Origin: Vicinamibacterales bacterium
Lineage (GTDB): Bacteria > Acidobacteriota > Vicinamibacteria > Vicinamibacterales > UBA8438
Assembly (NCBI GenBank): GCA_965229825.1
Contig: CBDDJQ010000013.1
Coordinates: 1,293,883-1,357,882, forward strand
Direction: 5' to 3'
DNA length: 64,000 nt
A program made the translations under genes and the position numbers. Shown here piece after piece: positions 46,548 through 55,590 of this stretch (positions are counted from its first letter, which is position 1; every line of letters begins with the position of its first letter). The notes below the pieces were generated by a model. That model did no database searches and had not been told where the DNA came from. It was given only the letters and a program-made list of their open reading frames with translations.

Positions 46548-46915
46548 CTACGGCGCACCTGGACTCTCCGGGAGCGCGAACACCCACATGACCCCGCTGC
46601 CGTCGGGAATCCTCGTGTCTGTCAACCGCGCATAGAACCGGGTGTTGGCGATGCGGCCGCCCGCCCCCACCGCGAGGTACTGCCGGCCGTCGACCTCGAA
46701 CGTGACCGAGCGCCGGAGACGTCGCCGTTCAGCCGCGTCTCCCAGAGCGGGGCGCCGGTATCGGCGTCGAGCGCGAAGAAACGTCGGTCAGAGGTGCCTC
46801 CGAACACGATGTCGCCGGCCGACGACAGCGCCGCCGCGCTCATCGCGGCGCCGCCGGGAAAGCGATGCTCCCACGCCGGCCCGTGATCGGGTCGAACGCC
46901 ACGAACTCGCCGACA
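46548..46915 (-). pseudogene. 3-prime remnant of a PQQ-dependent dehydrogenase gene with at least two frame breaks
   Basis: Three minus-strand frames together read GEFVAFDPITG / AAMSAAALSSAGDIVFGGTSDRRFFALDADTGAPLWETRLNGDVSG / VTFEVDGRQYLAVGAGGRIANTRFYARL...MWVFALPESPGAP-stop. This parallels the C-terminus of the intact enzyme at 56993-58858. Confidence 0.65.
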
Positions 46916-48238
46916 TCAACCCATCGCCAACCGCCGCGAGCAGACGCCGCACGACGCTGGACGACCACGGTTGTCGGCCGGTTGGCCTGTGGTATGGTTC
47001 CCCGGTCGCGTCCTAGACTGCCAACGAGCGACGAATGGGAGGCAACCATGCTGCGCAAACGCTTACGTCGTGCGGTCCTAATCGCATCGATCGCGGCCGC
47101 AGGTGCCGGCCTGGTGCCGGCATGGCTGTCCGGTTCGGCGCCGGCCGGCGGGACGGCGGCGGCGCAGGGTCGCAGCCTGCCGGTCTTTGAGGTCGACGGG
47201 GCGTGGCCCACGGTGCCGGCCGAGATGAAGCTCGGAGCTCCGTCCAGCATAGCCATCGATGCGGAGGACAACGTATGGGTCCTGCACCGTCCGCTGACGC
47301 TCCCCCCCGAGCAGGCCGCGATGGCGGCGCCGCCGGTTGTCGTCTTCGACGCGGCAGGCAACTTCATCAAGGCCTGGGGCGGCGCGGGAACCGGCTACGA
47401 GTGGCCCCAACGTGAACACGGTCTCCACATCGATCACGAGGGCTTCGTCTGGCTGGGCGGCAACAACTGTCCGACCAACGGCGTGCCCAGGGTCGAGCCG
47501 GTCAACGACGACCAGCTGCTGAAGTTCACGCAGGACGGCACGTTCGTCATGCAGATCGGCCGCAGCAACCGGAACCAGGGCAACGCCGACACGATGAACC
47601 TCCACCGGCCGGCGGATCAGCAGGTCCATCCGCCGACCAACGAGCTGTTCGTGGCCGACGGCTACGGCAACCACCGTGTCGCCGTGTTCGACGCCCGGAC
47701 CGGCCGCTTCAAGCGGATGTGGGGAGCCTTCGGCAACACGCCGGTGGACGACGACCAGTGTCAGTTCACGAGCCCGACCCGCTTCTCGGATCCGGGTCCT
47801 CCGAATCTCAGCATCGTCCACGCCATCCGGGTGTCGAACGATGGCATGGTGTATGCGGCCGACCGCGAGTACCGCCGCGTCCAGGCGTTCACGCTGGATG
47901 GCACGTTCGTGAGACAGGTGGTCACGACCGACGCACCCTTCGCGCGCAATCTCGCCCTGTCCGCGGATCCGGAGCAGCAGTTCCTCTACGTCGGCGGCGA
48001 TGACGGCATCGTCGTCGTCGACCGCGCGACGCTCGAGGTCCTCGGAACGGTCCGCCCCCAGGGAATCCTGGGCGCCGGCCACCATATAGCGACCGATTCC
48101 CAGGGCAATCTCTACCTGGCGGCGACGGGCGCGGGCATGCAGAAGCTGACGTTCAGGGGGATGTCCGGCGCGCAGTGACAAAGGGATGCAGCTCACGAGC
48201 AGACTTGCGATCGTTCCGAGCCGCGCTCTGAGCTTGGC
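46916..48238 (+). repeat. 1.3-kb direct repeat, copy 1
   Basis: Aligns line by line with 54238-55569 (offset 7320 through the CDS). About 20 substitutions and 2 small indels counted by eye. Confidence 0.9.
47048..48178 (+). CDS. NHL-repeat / peptidyl-alpha-hydroxyglycine lyase-like six-bladed beta-propeller protein, secreted (copy 1)
   Basis: 376 aa. RBS GGGAGG. Signal MLRKRLRRAVLIASIAAAGAGLVPAWLSGSAPAGG. Blade motifs GLHIDHEGFVWLGGNN, LFVADGYGNHRVAVFDARTGRF, VYAADREYRRVQAFTLDGTF, LYVGGDDGIVVVD, GNLYLAATGAGMQKLTF. Confidence 0.8.
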   Translation: MLRKRLRRAVLIASIAAAGAGLVPAWLSGSAPAGGTAAAQGRSLPVFEVDGAWPTVPAEMKLGAPSSIAIDAEDNVWVLHRPLTLPPEQAAMAAPPVVVFDAAGNFIKAWGGAGTGYEWPQREHGLHIDHEGFVWLGGNNCPTNGVPRVEPVNDDQLLKFTQDGTFVMQIGRSNRNQGNADTMNLHRPADQQVHPPTNELFVADGYGNHRVAVFDARTGRFKRMWGAFGNTPVDDDQCQFTSPTRFSDPGPPNLSIVHAIRVSNDGMVYAADREYRRVQAFTLDGTFVRQVVTTDAPFARNLALSADPEQQFLYVGGDDGIVVVDRATLEVLGTVRPQGILGAGHHIATDSQGNLYLAATGAGMQKLTFRGMSGAQ

Positions 48239-48333
48239 TCGGTGTAGACGCGGGGCTACTTCGATCACCTTCGCCTACTGTTGCACCCGAACTGCAAGGC
48301 CCCGCACCGTAGAACCCTCCACCCGGTAACCAA

Positions 48334-51010
48334 TTACCCGTGGCTATCGCGTGCGCCTGAGCCTTGTTCACTGTTCGAGGCTCGCAAGGGCGGTGGCGTG
48401 AACCGCGTCGGGGTGTCCGTTCGAGACGAGCCATCGGTGGGCATCGTTGGCGGTGATCGTTCTCCAGCTCGGCGTGGAACCCTGCCATTGGGACCAGGAG
48501 TGCAGGATCCAGACCCGCCTTCCGCGTCGGGCGTTCGCCGGATGGCCAGGCACGTCATGTCGTCGACGGCGTCGGCGTCGCCGGAGAACTCGTCTATCGC
48601 GAACCAGATTCTATCCACTATCGCTGGTGGATCCGGGGGCGTGGTGGTCGCGACGATCTTCCGCAGTCGTTGTTCTCCGAAGTCGTCGCCGGTCTTGTTC
48701 GCTGCATCGGTCACGCCGTCGGTGTACATCACGATCGCGTCGCCCGGCTCCAGTTCCCCGGCTGCGGTGTTGTACGCGTGCTCAGGCTCGAGCGCCAGGG
48801 GTAAGTTGCCGGTGGGCGGCAGCTTTTCGAGCGTCGGCCCACGGCGGGCGATAGGGGGCTCGTGTCCGGCACAGACGTAATCGAAGTGGCCGGTGACGGT
48901 GTTGAAGCTCGCCAGGAATCCGGTGACGAACATGGAGAGCCTCGTTGCTCGCGCAGAGCGTCGCGTTTGCTGTTCGCGCGACGTCGGCGACGTTCGAGTG
49001 TTCCCGGGCGGCGGCGTTGAGCGCGGCCTGGGCGGCGACCATGAACAGGGCGGCTGCCACGCCTTTGCCGGACACGTCGAAGACGCCTGCCATGAGGGTC
49101 TGCGGGCCGGTTCGTTGCAGGATCACGAAGTCGCCGCCGAGGTCCTGTGCCGGGGACATTCGGGCGTGGAGTTCGAGTTGGTCGAGGTTCTGCGTCCCGG
49201 CGGGCACGAGGTTCTTCTGCACGATCCGGCCTAGGCGTACGTCGTGTTCGATCTGGTCGTTCGTCGCCTTGAGACGGTCGACGGTTCGTTTCAGCGAATG
49301 CGTGCGGTCGGCCACGAGCCTGGCGAGCTCGTCGTGGCGCGCGAGCACTTCCTCGGTCATGTGGTCGAAGCTCCGGGCGAGAGTCCCCAGCTCATCGCTG
49401 CGTTCCGCCAGGCGGGCCCTCATCGGTGGGGGGCGGTCGCCGCTTGCGAGCATGCGCGCCCGGTCGGCGATGGCGATTACCGGACTGGTGAGCCAGCGGC
49501 GGGTGGACCAGGTTGTCGCGAGCGTCATGATCGCTATCAATCCGACTGCGGTAGCGATCCCGGTCCTGATTTCCGAGCGCATCCGCCGGACCATGTCGTT
49601 CACTTCGGTCTGGACGACGATGGTGGCGTCCCGGCCTATGGGGGCGGCGCTCAGGACGGCGGCGGGCGTGCCGCGCCAAAGGTCGACGTCGGCGGTGGCC
49701 ACGGCGCTGTCGGCGGTGGCGCTTCGGTTCGCCGTCCGGGTGATTGCGGGGCTCCATCGTGACCAGGCGTCCGTGGCGTCGCCGCTGGTCTCTCCCGGTC
49801 GCGGCGCCGCGGCGGCGAGGCGGGGTTCGGTTCGCCCGGCGTCGGTTGTCGTTATCCAGAGGCCGGTGATGCCGGGAACCCGGCCGAATTGGTCCGCGGC
49901 TGTCTGCCAGGCGCTTTCGACAAGGCTTCCTTCTCCCGCTTGCGTGGCGAGTTGGACGCTGGCTGCGAGTCGTCCGCGTGTCCGGAGCGCGGCCGCGGCC
50001 GCGATCCAGCGGCGTTGGTCGTCGAAGTGGCCGGCGAGGTCGGTGGTCGCGGTCTGGTTGGCGGCAATCAGTGCCGTGACCGCGGCCTGTGCGGTTCGTT
50101 CGTCGGCGGTCGCGCCGGTGTCGGTACGGGCGGCCGTGGTGGTTGCGGGTGCCGTGTACACGATTGTTCCGGCTCCGCCCAGTGCTTGTATCCGGACGAT
50201 GCTCGTGTTCCTGACGATCGCATCGAGCCGGGCCTGTATCTCTCGTGCCGTCCAGTCGGCGTCTTCCGCGAGTTCGATCGCGTGGGCGATGATCAGGGCG
50301 ATCGCCGCCGCCTGGTCGCTTGCAAGCCGCCTCGCGGCCAGGCTGCCGGGACGGCCGTAGGCGGTTTCTGCGTCTTGCTGGTCGAGGTTCTGCCGCACCT
50401 GCAGGGCGAGACGTCGGTGGAGGGTCTGTGACGCTGCGGTTTTGCTCAGCCCCTCTGGGGTTGTTCTCGCCGGCATCGTCGCGGTACGACCCTCAGGGGC
50501 GGTGCGGGCGAGTTCCCGGTAGGGTTCGGGAAGCTCGGCGATGTCGAGGGCGTTCCTTTCCGTCGAATACGAGGGTCCCTCGTCGGCGGCGACGTCGATT
50601 CGGCGTATCGGGGATCGGGCGGTCAGTTGGCGTAAAGCGTCCTCGATGTACGGGGCGGTGTGCCGGGCCGCCTCGGCAGCTTCTACGAGCATGGCGGCGG
50701 CTGCCGCGGTGGCCCGGAGCTGGTCTTCCATTACCACGTCCAGGGTGCGGGTGGTGTTAGCGGCCGAGTTGCTCGCGAGGGCTTCCAGCTCGCCGGCGAG
50801 GGTTGCGGCGGTTCGCCTTCCGTTCTGTTCGGCTTGCTGCCGCAAGCTGTTTCCGGCGATCCAGAGGGCGCCGGTGGTCGTTGTCCCGATGGCGATGGTC
50901 AGGGTGATGTACAACGCGATCCCGGTGCGTGTCCCGAGGCTCCATCCCGACGGGCCATAGGGCTGGTCTTCCGCTATGCTGTGCGGGTCGTCGCTGAGTA
51001 TCGTGGTCAT
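48334..51010 (-). pseudogene. membrane sensor with HAMP and a SpoIIE/PP2C-type phosphatase domain (RsbU-like), frameshifted
   Basis: The 742-aa ORF (48782-51010) holds a TM segment, a large extracytoplasmic region, a second TM, HAMP (SDELGTLARSFDHMTEEV) and the start of the PP2C domain (DLGGDFV...VFDVSGKGVAAALFM). The remainder (MFVTGFLASFNTVTGHFDYVCAGHEPP...IVMYTDGVTDA...DDMTCLAIRR) is in another frame (48334-48933). The break is near 48930-48945. Confidence 0.75.
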
Positions 51011-51063
51011 CGGGTGTTCCTTGAGCGGCGATACGCTGGTTGGTCGACAGATGGGGTGTGCTG

Positions 51064-54000
51064 ATGACGCGTCGGGTGGGAGCGCTGGTCGGCTTCGTGG
51101 CTGTCGTCGGTCTCTCCGTCGCGCGCGCGGAGCAGCCGGCTGCCGGCGGGATAGAGGGGCTGGTGGTGGATCCCTTCGATGTCGGGGTCGGGGCTGCCGA
51201 GGTCGCCATCGTGTCGATCTCCGGGTATCGGGCCACGTCGAGTACCGATTCCAACGGCGCTGTGGATTTTACCAACGTGGTGGCGGGGGTTTACACCCTC
51301 GAGGTCGTCCGTGACGGTTTCGAGCCGATCGAGCGTATGGTCACGGTTCCGGAGGCGGGACGGGTGCCGGTGCGGGTGGTGCTGACGCCCTTGGTTGCCG
51401 CGGGCTTGTCTGTAGTCGCGGTCGATCCGCAGGGCTTGGCGTTGCCCGGGGTCGTCGTGGAGGCGCTCGGGCCTGGGGGCGAAGCGTTGACGGAGGTCAC
51501 TGGACCGGACGGCGCGGTCGTTTTCGCGGGGGTTCGGCCGGGGCCGTGGCGGCTTCGCGGCACGCTGGCCGGCTTCGATGCTGCGGAGGAGGTTGCGGTC
51601 GCGGCGTTCGGCGTGTCGGTTCCGGTGCGGTTGTCGTTGAGCTTGGACTATGCGGTGGCCGAGAGCGTCGTTGTGGTTGGTTCTCGGCGGACGGTGGGGC
51701 GGCGGACGCCGGCAGAGTCGCCGGTCGCGGTCGAGATTGTCAGTGGTGCTCAGCCCCGGGCGGACATGGTCGAGGTCATGCGGGCGTTGAGTCCGTCGTT
51801 CAATGTCAATACCCAGCCGATTTCCGATGCGGCGACGGTGGTGCGGCCCGTCAATTTCAGGAATCTCGCGCCCGATCACCTGCTGGTGATGGTCAACGGG
51901 AAGCGTCGGCACCGGGGGGCGGTTATCGCGTGGCTCGGCAACGGGTTATCGGATGGCTCACAGGGTCCGGACCTTTCGGCGATTCCCACCATTGGCGTGC
52001 GCCAGGCGGAGTTGCTGCGGGATGGTGCGGCCGCCCAGTACGGTTCGGATGCGATTGCCGGGGTTGTCAATTTCGAGTTGAAAGACGCGCGGTCGGGGGG
52101 GTCGGTGGAGGTGCGGAGCGGTGTTTACGGGGCGCGCAACGCGGGCGATGTCCGGACGTGTGGTGCTCTCGCGGCCGCGCAACCGGGTTTGTCGTGCGCG
52201 GGCATCGGGGGACGGGCGTCGGGTTACACGGTGGCAGGTAACGTGGGGCTCCCGTTGGGGACTGGTTTCGCCAACTTGAGCATGGAAGCGGGCGGTCAGG
52301 GAGCGACCAATCGTGCGGTTCAGCGGGCCGATGCCCTTGCTCTTGTCGGGGCAGGGGGCGCGGCGCCACGGGATACGGCACAGGTGTGGGGTCAGCCGGA
52401 GATTGGCGGCGATATCAAGCTCTTCGGCAACTTCGGGGGCACGCTCGCGTCGGGCCACCAACCGTATCTGCACGCGAATTTCGCGCGCCGGCGTGTGGTC
52501 GGCGGCTTCTACTATCGGCATCCCCACACCCGCTCGGGGGTCTTCAGGGGACCGGAGGTGGATGGGGTTCAGTCCCTTCTGGTCGGTGATCGTCTACAGG
52601 CTGCGACCGGGGTGCCTGGCGCCGGCGGTTGTCCGTCCGTGCCCGTGGTCGAGCATCGGCCGGATGCCGCGGCGCTGGCGGCGGTCGAGGCGCACCCCGA
52701 TTGTTTCACTCTCTATAGTCGGTTCCCGGCCGGTTTCACTCCACAGTTCGGCGGCGTTCTCCGGGATCATCCGGTGGTCGCCGGGTTGAAGTCTGTCGCA
52801 GATGGCGGCGCAACCTGGGATCTCAGTCTCGGCGTGGGTCGGAGCGACATCGATCAGTTCATCTTCGACACCGTCAACGCGTCGTTGGGTTCCGAGACGC
52901 CTACCGAGTTCAGCCCGGGCGGTTACGAGCAGTCGGAGCTGAACGTCAATGCGGACGTCGCGGTTCCGTTGTCGGATCGGCTCCATCTCGCGGCTGGCGC
53001 GGAGTACCGGGTCGAGCGCTTCTCTATCGTCCCGGGTGACGAGGCGTCGTGGATGATTGGACCGTACGCGGAACAGGGGTTCTCGTCGGGGTCGAACGGC
53101 TTCAACGGTTATCGGCCCGACACGACGTCCGGTTCGTGGGCGCGTGCGAATGCGGCGCTCTACGCCGACTTGGAACTCGATGGCGTGGACTCGGAATGGT
53201 CGGTCGGCGGTGCGTTACGGCTGGAGCGGTTCCAGGGTTTCGGTAACACGTTGAACGGCAAGGCGGTGTTCCGACGCGAGCTGGGGCCGGTCCTCGCCGT
53301 GCGGGGCTCTGTTTCGACCGGGTTCCGGGCGCCGACGCCCGGGCAGCAGCATACGTTCAACGTCACGACCGCGTTCATTGACGGGGAGTTGGTGAACAAC
53401 GGCGTGGTCCCGGCGACGTCCGGGGTGGCTCTTGCCCGGGGCGGTCGGGCACTGGCTCCCGAGCGGTCCAGGAATCTGTCGGCGGGTGTGGTCGTCGACC
53501 GCGGGGCCTTTCAGCTCAGCGCGGATTGGTTCCGTATCGACATAGACGATCGGGTGGCCCTCACCCAGGAGATCCGTTTGCGGCCGGACGAGATCGACAC
53601 GTTGTTGGCCGAGGGGATCGCGGAGGCGCGGAACTTCCCGGTTTTCCGGTTCTTCGTCAATGACTTTTCGACTGTGACGCAGGGGGCTGACGTGCTGGGG
53701 TCGTGGGCGTTGGGTGCCGGCACCACATTGACCGGGTCGTGGAACTACACGGTGACGACGGTGGCGGATTTGCGATCGAACGTCATCGACGCGTTCAGGG
53801 TTCAGACGCTCGAGCGGGGGTTGCCGGTCTCTCGGTGGCAACTCTCGGCGGAACATCGGCGTGAGGGGTGGAGTCTCACGGGACGGCTGCACTGGTACGG
53901 CGCGTACTGGGACAGCGAGGACGGGCGGAACGCGGCGGACCTCGGGGCGCATGCCGTGCCTTGGGAGTACCCGTTGTATCCGGGGCGGCTGCTGGCGGAC

Positions 54001-54735
54001 GTGGAGCTGGGGGTCCGGGGTCCGGGTGGGGCGTGGCTCGCTTTCGGGGTCGAGAATGTCGCAGGAGTGTACCCGGAGGAAAACCGCTTCGCCCCTCTGA
54101 CGGTGGGCAATCGCTACGGCCAGTTCTCGCCGTTCGGGTTCGGCGGGGCGTACTATTACGCTCGCGCGACGTACGTAGTGGGGCCTTGGCGGGCGCTAGA
54201 GTCGACGAGGATGGTTGCGGATGTGCGGGGGCGTGTCCAACCCATCGCCAACCGCCGCGAGCGACGCCGCACGACGCTGGACGACCGCGGCTGTCGGCCG
54301 GTTGGCCTGTGGTATGGTTCCCCGGTCGCGTCCTCGACTGCCAACGAGCGACGAATGGGAGGCAACCATGCTGCGCAAACGCTTACGTCGTGCGGTCCTC
54401 ATCGCATCGATCGTGGCCGCAGGTGCCGGCCTGGTGCCGGCATGGCTGTCCGGTTCGGCGCCGTCCGGCGGGACGGCGGCGGCGCAGGGTCGCAGCCTGC
54501 CGGTCTTCGAGGTGGACGGGACGTGGCCCACGGTGCCGGCCGAGATGAAGCTCGGAGCTCCGTCCAGCATTGCCATCGATGCGCAGGACAACGTATGGGT
54601 CCTGCACCGTCCGCTGACGCTTCCCCCCGAGCAGGCCGCGATGGCGGCGCCGCCGGTTGTCGTCTTCGACGCGGCAGGCAACTTCATCAAGGCCTGGGGC
54701 GGCGCGGGAACCGGCTACGAGTGGCCCCAACGTGA
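51064..54735 (+). CDS. TonB-dependent receptor with two CarboxypepD_reg-like domains (no stop of its own; recognisable barrel ends near 54190)
   Basis: MTRRVGALVGFVAVVGLSVARAEQ signal. GLVVDPFDVGVGAAEVAI...GVYTLEV and a second similar domain. Plug NFRNLAPDHLLVMVNGKRRH and DGAAAQYGSDAIAGVVNFELKD. Barrel to ...GGAYYYARATYVVGPW. The frame then stays open across the repeat boundary at 54238 to a stop at 54735, overlapping the next gene. Confidence 0.75.
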   Translation: MTRRVGALVGFVAVVGLSVARAEQPAAGGIEGLVVDPFDVGVGAAEVAIVSISGYRATSSTDSNGAVDFTNVVAGVYTLEVVRDGFEPIERMVTVPEAGRVPVRVVLTPLVAAGLSVVAVDPQGLALPGVVVEALGPGGEALTEVTGPDGAVVFAGVRPGPWRLRGTLAGFDAAEEVAVAAFGVSVPVRLSLSLDYAVAESVVVVGSRRTVGRRTPAESPVAVEIVSGAQPRADMVEVMRALSPSFNVNTQPISDAATVVRPVNFRNLAPDHLLVMVNGKRRHRGAVIAWLGNGLSDGSQGPDLSAIPTIGVRQAELLRDGAAAQYGSDAIAGVVNFELKDARSGGSVEVRSGVYGARNAGDVRTCGALAAAQPGLSCAGIGGRASGYTVAGNVGLPLGTGFANLSMEAGGQGATNRAVQRADALALVGAGGAAPRDTAQVWGQPEIGGDIKLFGNFGGTLASGHQPYLHANFARRRVVGGFYYRHPHTRSGVFRGPEVDGVQSLLVGDRLQAATGVPGAGGCPSVPVVEHRPDAAALAAVEAHPDCFTLYSRFPAGFTPQFGGVLRDHPVVAGLKSVADGGATWDLSLGVGRSDIDQFIFDTVNASLGSETPTEFSPGGYEQSELNVNADVAVPLSDRLHLAAGAEYRVERFSIVPGDEASWMIGPYAEQGFSSGSNGFNGYRPDTTSGSWARANAALYADLELDGVDSEWSVGGALRLERFQGFGNTLNGKAVFRRELGPVLAVRGSVSTGFRAPTPGQQHTFNVTTAFIDGELVNNGVVPATSGVALARGGRALAPERSRNLSAGVVVDRGAFQLSADWFRIDIDDRVALTQEIRLRPDEIDTLLAEGIAEARNFPVFRFFVNDFSTVTQGADVLGSWALGAGTTLTGSWNYTVTTVADLRSNVIDAFRVQTLERGLPVSRWQLSAEHRREGWSLTGRLHWYGAYWDSEDGRNAADLGAHAVPWEYPLYPGRLLADVELGVRGPGGAWLAFGVENVAGVYPEENRFAPLTVGNRYGQFSPFGFGGAYYYARATYVVGPWRALESTRMVADVRGRVQPIANRRERRRTTLDDRGCRPVGLWYGSPVASSTANERRMGGNHAAQTLTSCGPHRIDRGRRCRPGAGMAVRFGAVRRDGGGAGSQPAGLRGGRDVAHGAGRDEARSSVQHCHRCAGQRMGPAPSADASPRAGRDGGAAGCRLRRGRQLHQGLGRRGNRLRVAPT

Positions 54736-55569
54736 ACACGGTCTCCACATCGATCACGAGGGCTTCGTCTGGCTGGGCGGCAACAACTGTCCGACCAACG
54801 GCGTGCCCAGGGTCGAGCCGGTCAACGACGACCAGCTGCTGAAGTTCACGCAGGACGGCACGTTCGTCATGCAGATCGGCCGCAGCAACCGGAACCAGGG
54901 CAACGCCGACACGATGAACCTCCACCGGCCCGCGGATCAGCAGGTCCATCCGCCGACCAACGAGCTGTTCGTGGCCGACGGCTACGGCAACCACCGTGTC
55001 GCCGTGTTCGACGCCCAGACCGGCCGCTTCAAGCGGATGTGGGGAGCCTTCGGCAACACGCCGGTGGACGACGACCAGTGTCAGTTCACGAGCCCGACCA
55101 GCTTCTCCGATCCGGGTCCTCCGAATCTCAGCATCGTCCACGCCATCCGGGTGTCGAACGATGGCATGGTGTATGCGGCCGACCGCGAGTACCGCCGCGT
55201 CCAGGCGTTCACGCTGGATGGCACGTTCGTGAGACAGGTGGTCACGACCGACGCACCCTTCGCGCGCAATCTCGCCCTGTCCGCGGATCCGGAGCAGCAG
55301 TTCCTCTACGTCGGCGGCGATGACGGCATCGTCGTCGTCGACCGCGCGACGCTCGAGGTCCTCGGAACGGTCCGTCCCCAGGGAATCCTGGGCGCCGGCC
55401 ACCATATAGCGACCGATTCCCAGGGCAATCTCTACCTGGCGGCGACGGGCGCGGGCATGCAGAAGCTGACGTTCAGGGGGATGTCCGGCGCGCAGTGATA
55501 ACGCAGTGCTAAAGGGATGCAGCTCACGACCAGACTTGCGATCGTTCCGAGCCGCGCTCTGAGCTTGGC
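54238..55569 (+). repeat. 1.3-kb direct repeat, copy 2
   Basis: See copy 1. Carries an extra ~10 nt just after the CDS stop and lacks 1 nt near 54262 relative to copy 1. Confidence 0.9.
54368..55498 (+). CDS. NHL-repeat / peptidyl-alpha-hydroxyglycine lyase-like six-bladed beta-propeller protein, secreted (copy 2)
   Basis: 376 aa. Differs from copy 1 at 14 nucleotides (8 synonymous, 6 replacement: A-V, A-S, A-T, E-Q, R-Q, R-S) by hand comparison. Confidence 0.8.
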   Translation: MLRKRLRRAVLIASIVAAGAGLVPAWLSGSAPSGGTAAAQGRSLPVFEVDGTWPTVPAEMKLGAPSSIAIDAQDNVWVLHRPLTLPPEQAAMAAPPVVVFDAAGNFIKAWGGAGTGYEWPQREHGLHIDHEGFVWLGGNNCPTNGVPRVEPVNDDQLLKFTQDGTFVMQIGRSNRNQGNADTMNLHRPADQQVHPPTNELFVADGYGNHRVAVFDAQTGRFKRMWGAFGNTPVDDDQCQFTSPTSFSDPGPPNLSIVHAIRVSNDGMVYAADREYRRVQAFTLDGTFVRQVVTTDAPFARNLALSADPEQQFLYVGGDDGIVVVDRATLEVLGTVRPQGILGAGHHIATDSQGNLYLAATGAGMQKLTFRGMSGAQ

Positions 55570-55590
55570 GGTCGCGCGCTCGCGTTCCCC

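Noticed and set aside
48239-48333. A small gene or RNA in the gap between repeat copy 1 and the phosphatase tail
   Set aside because: There is no ORF with a start and RBS and no convincing structure. It contains only a degenerate CCCGTGGC motif.
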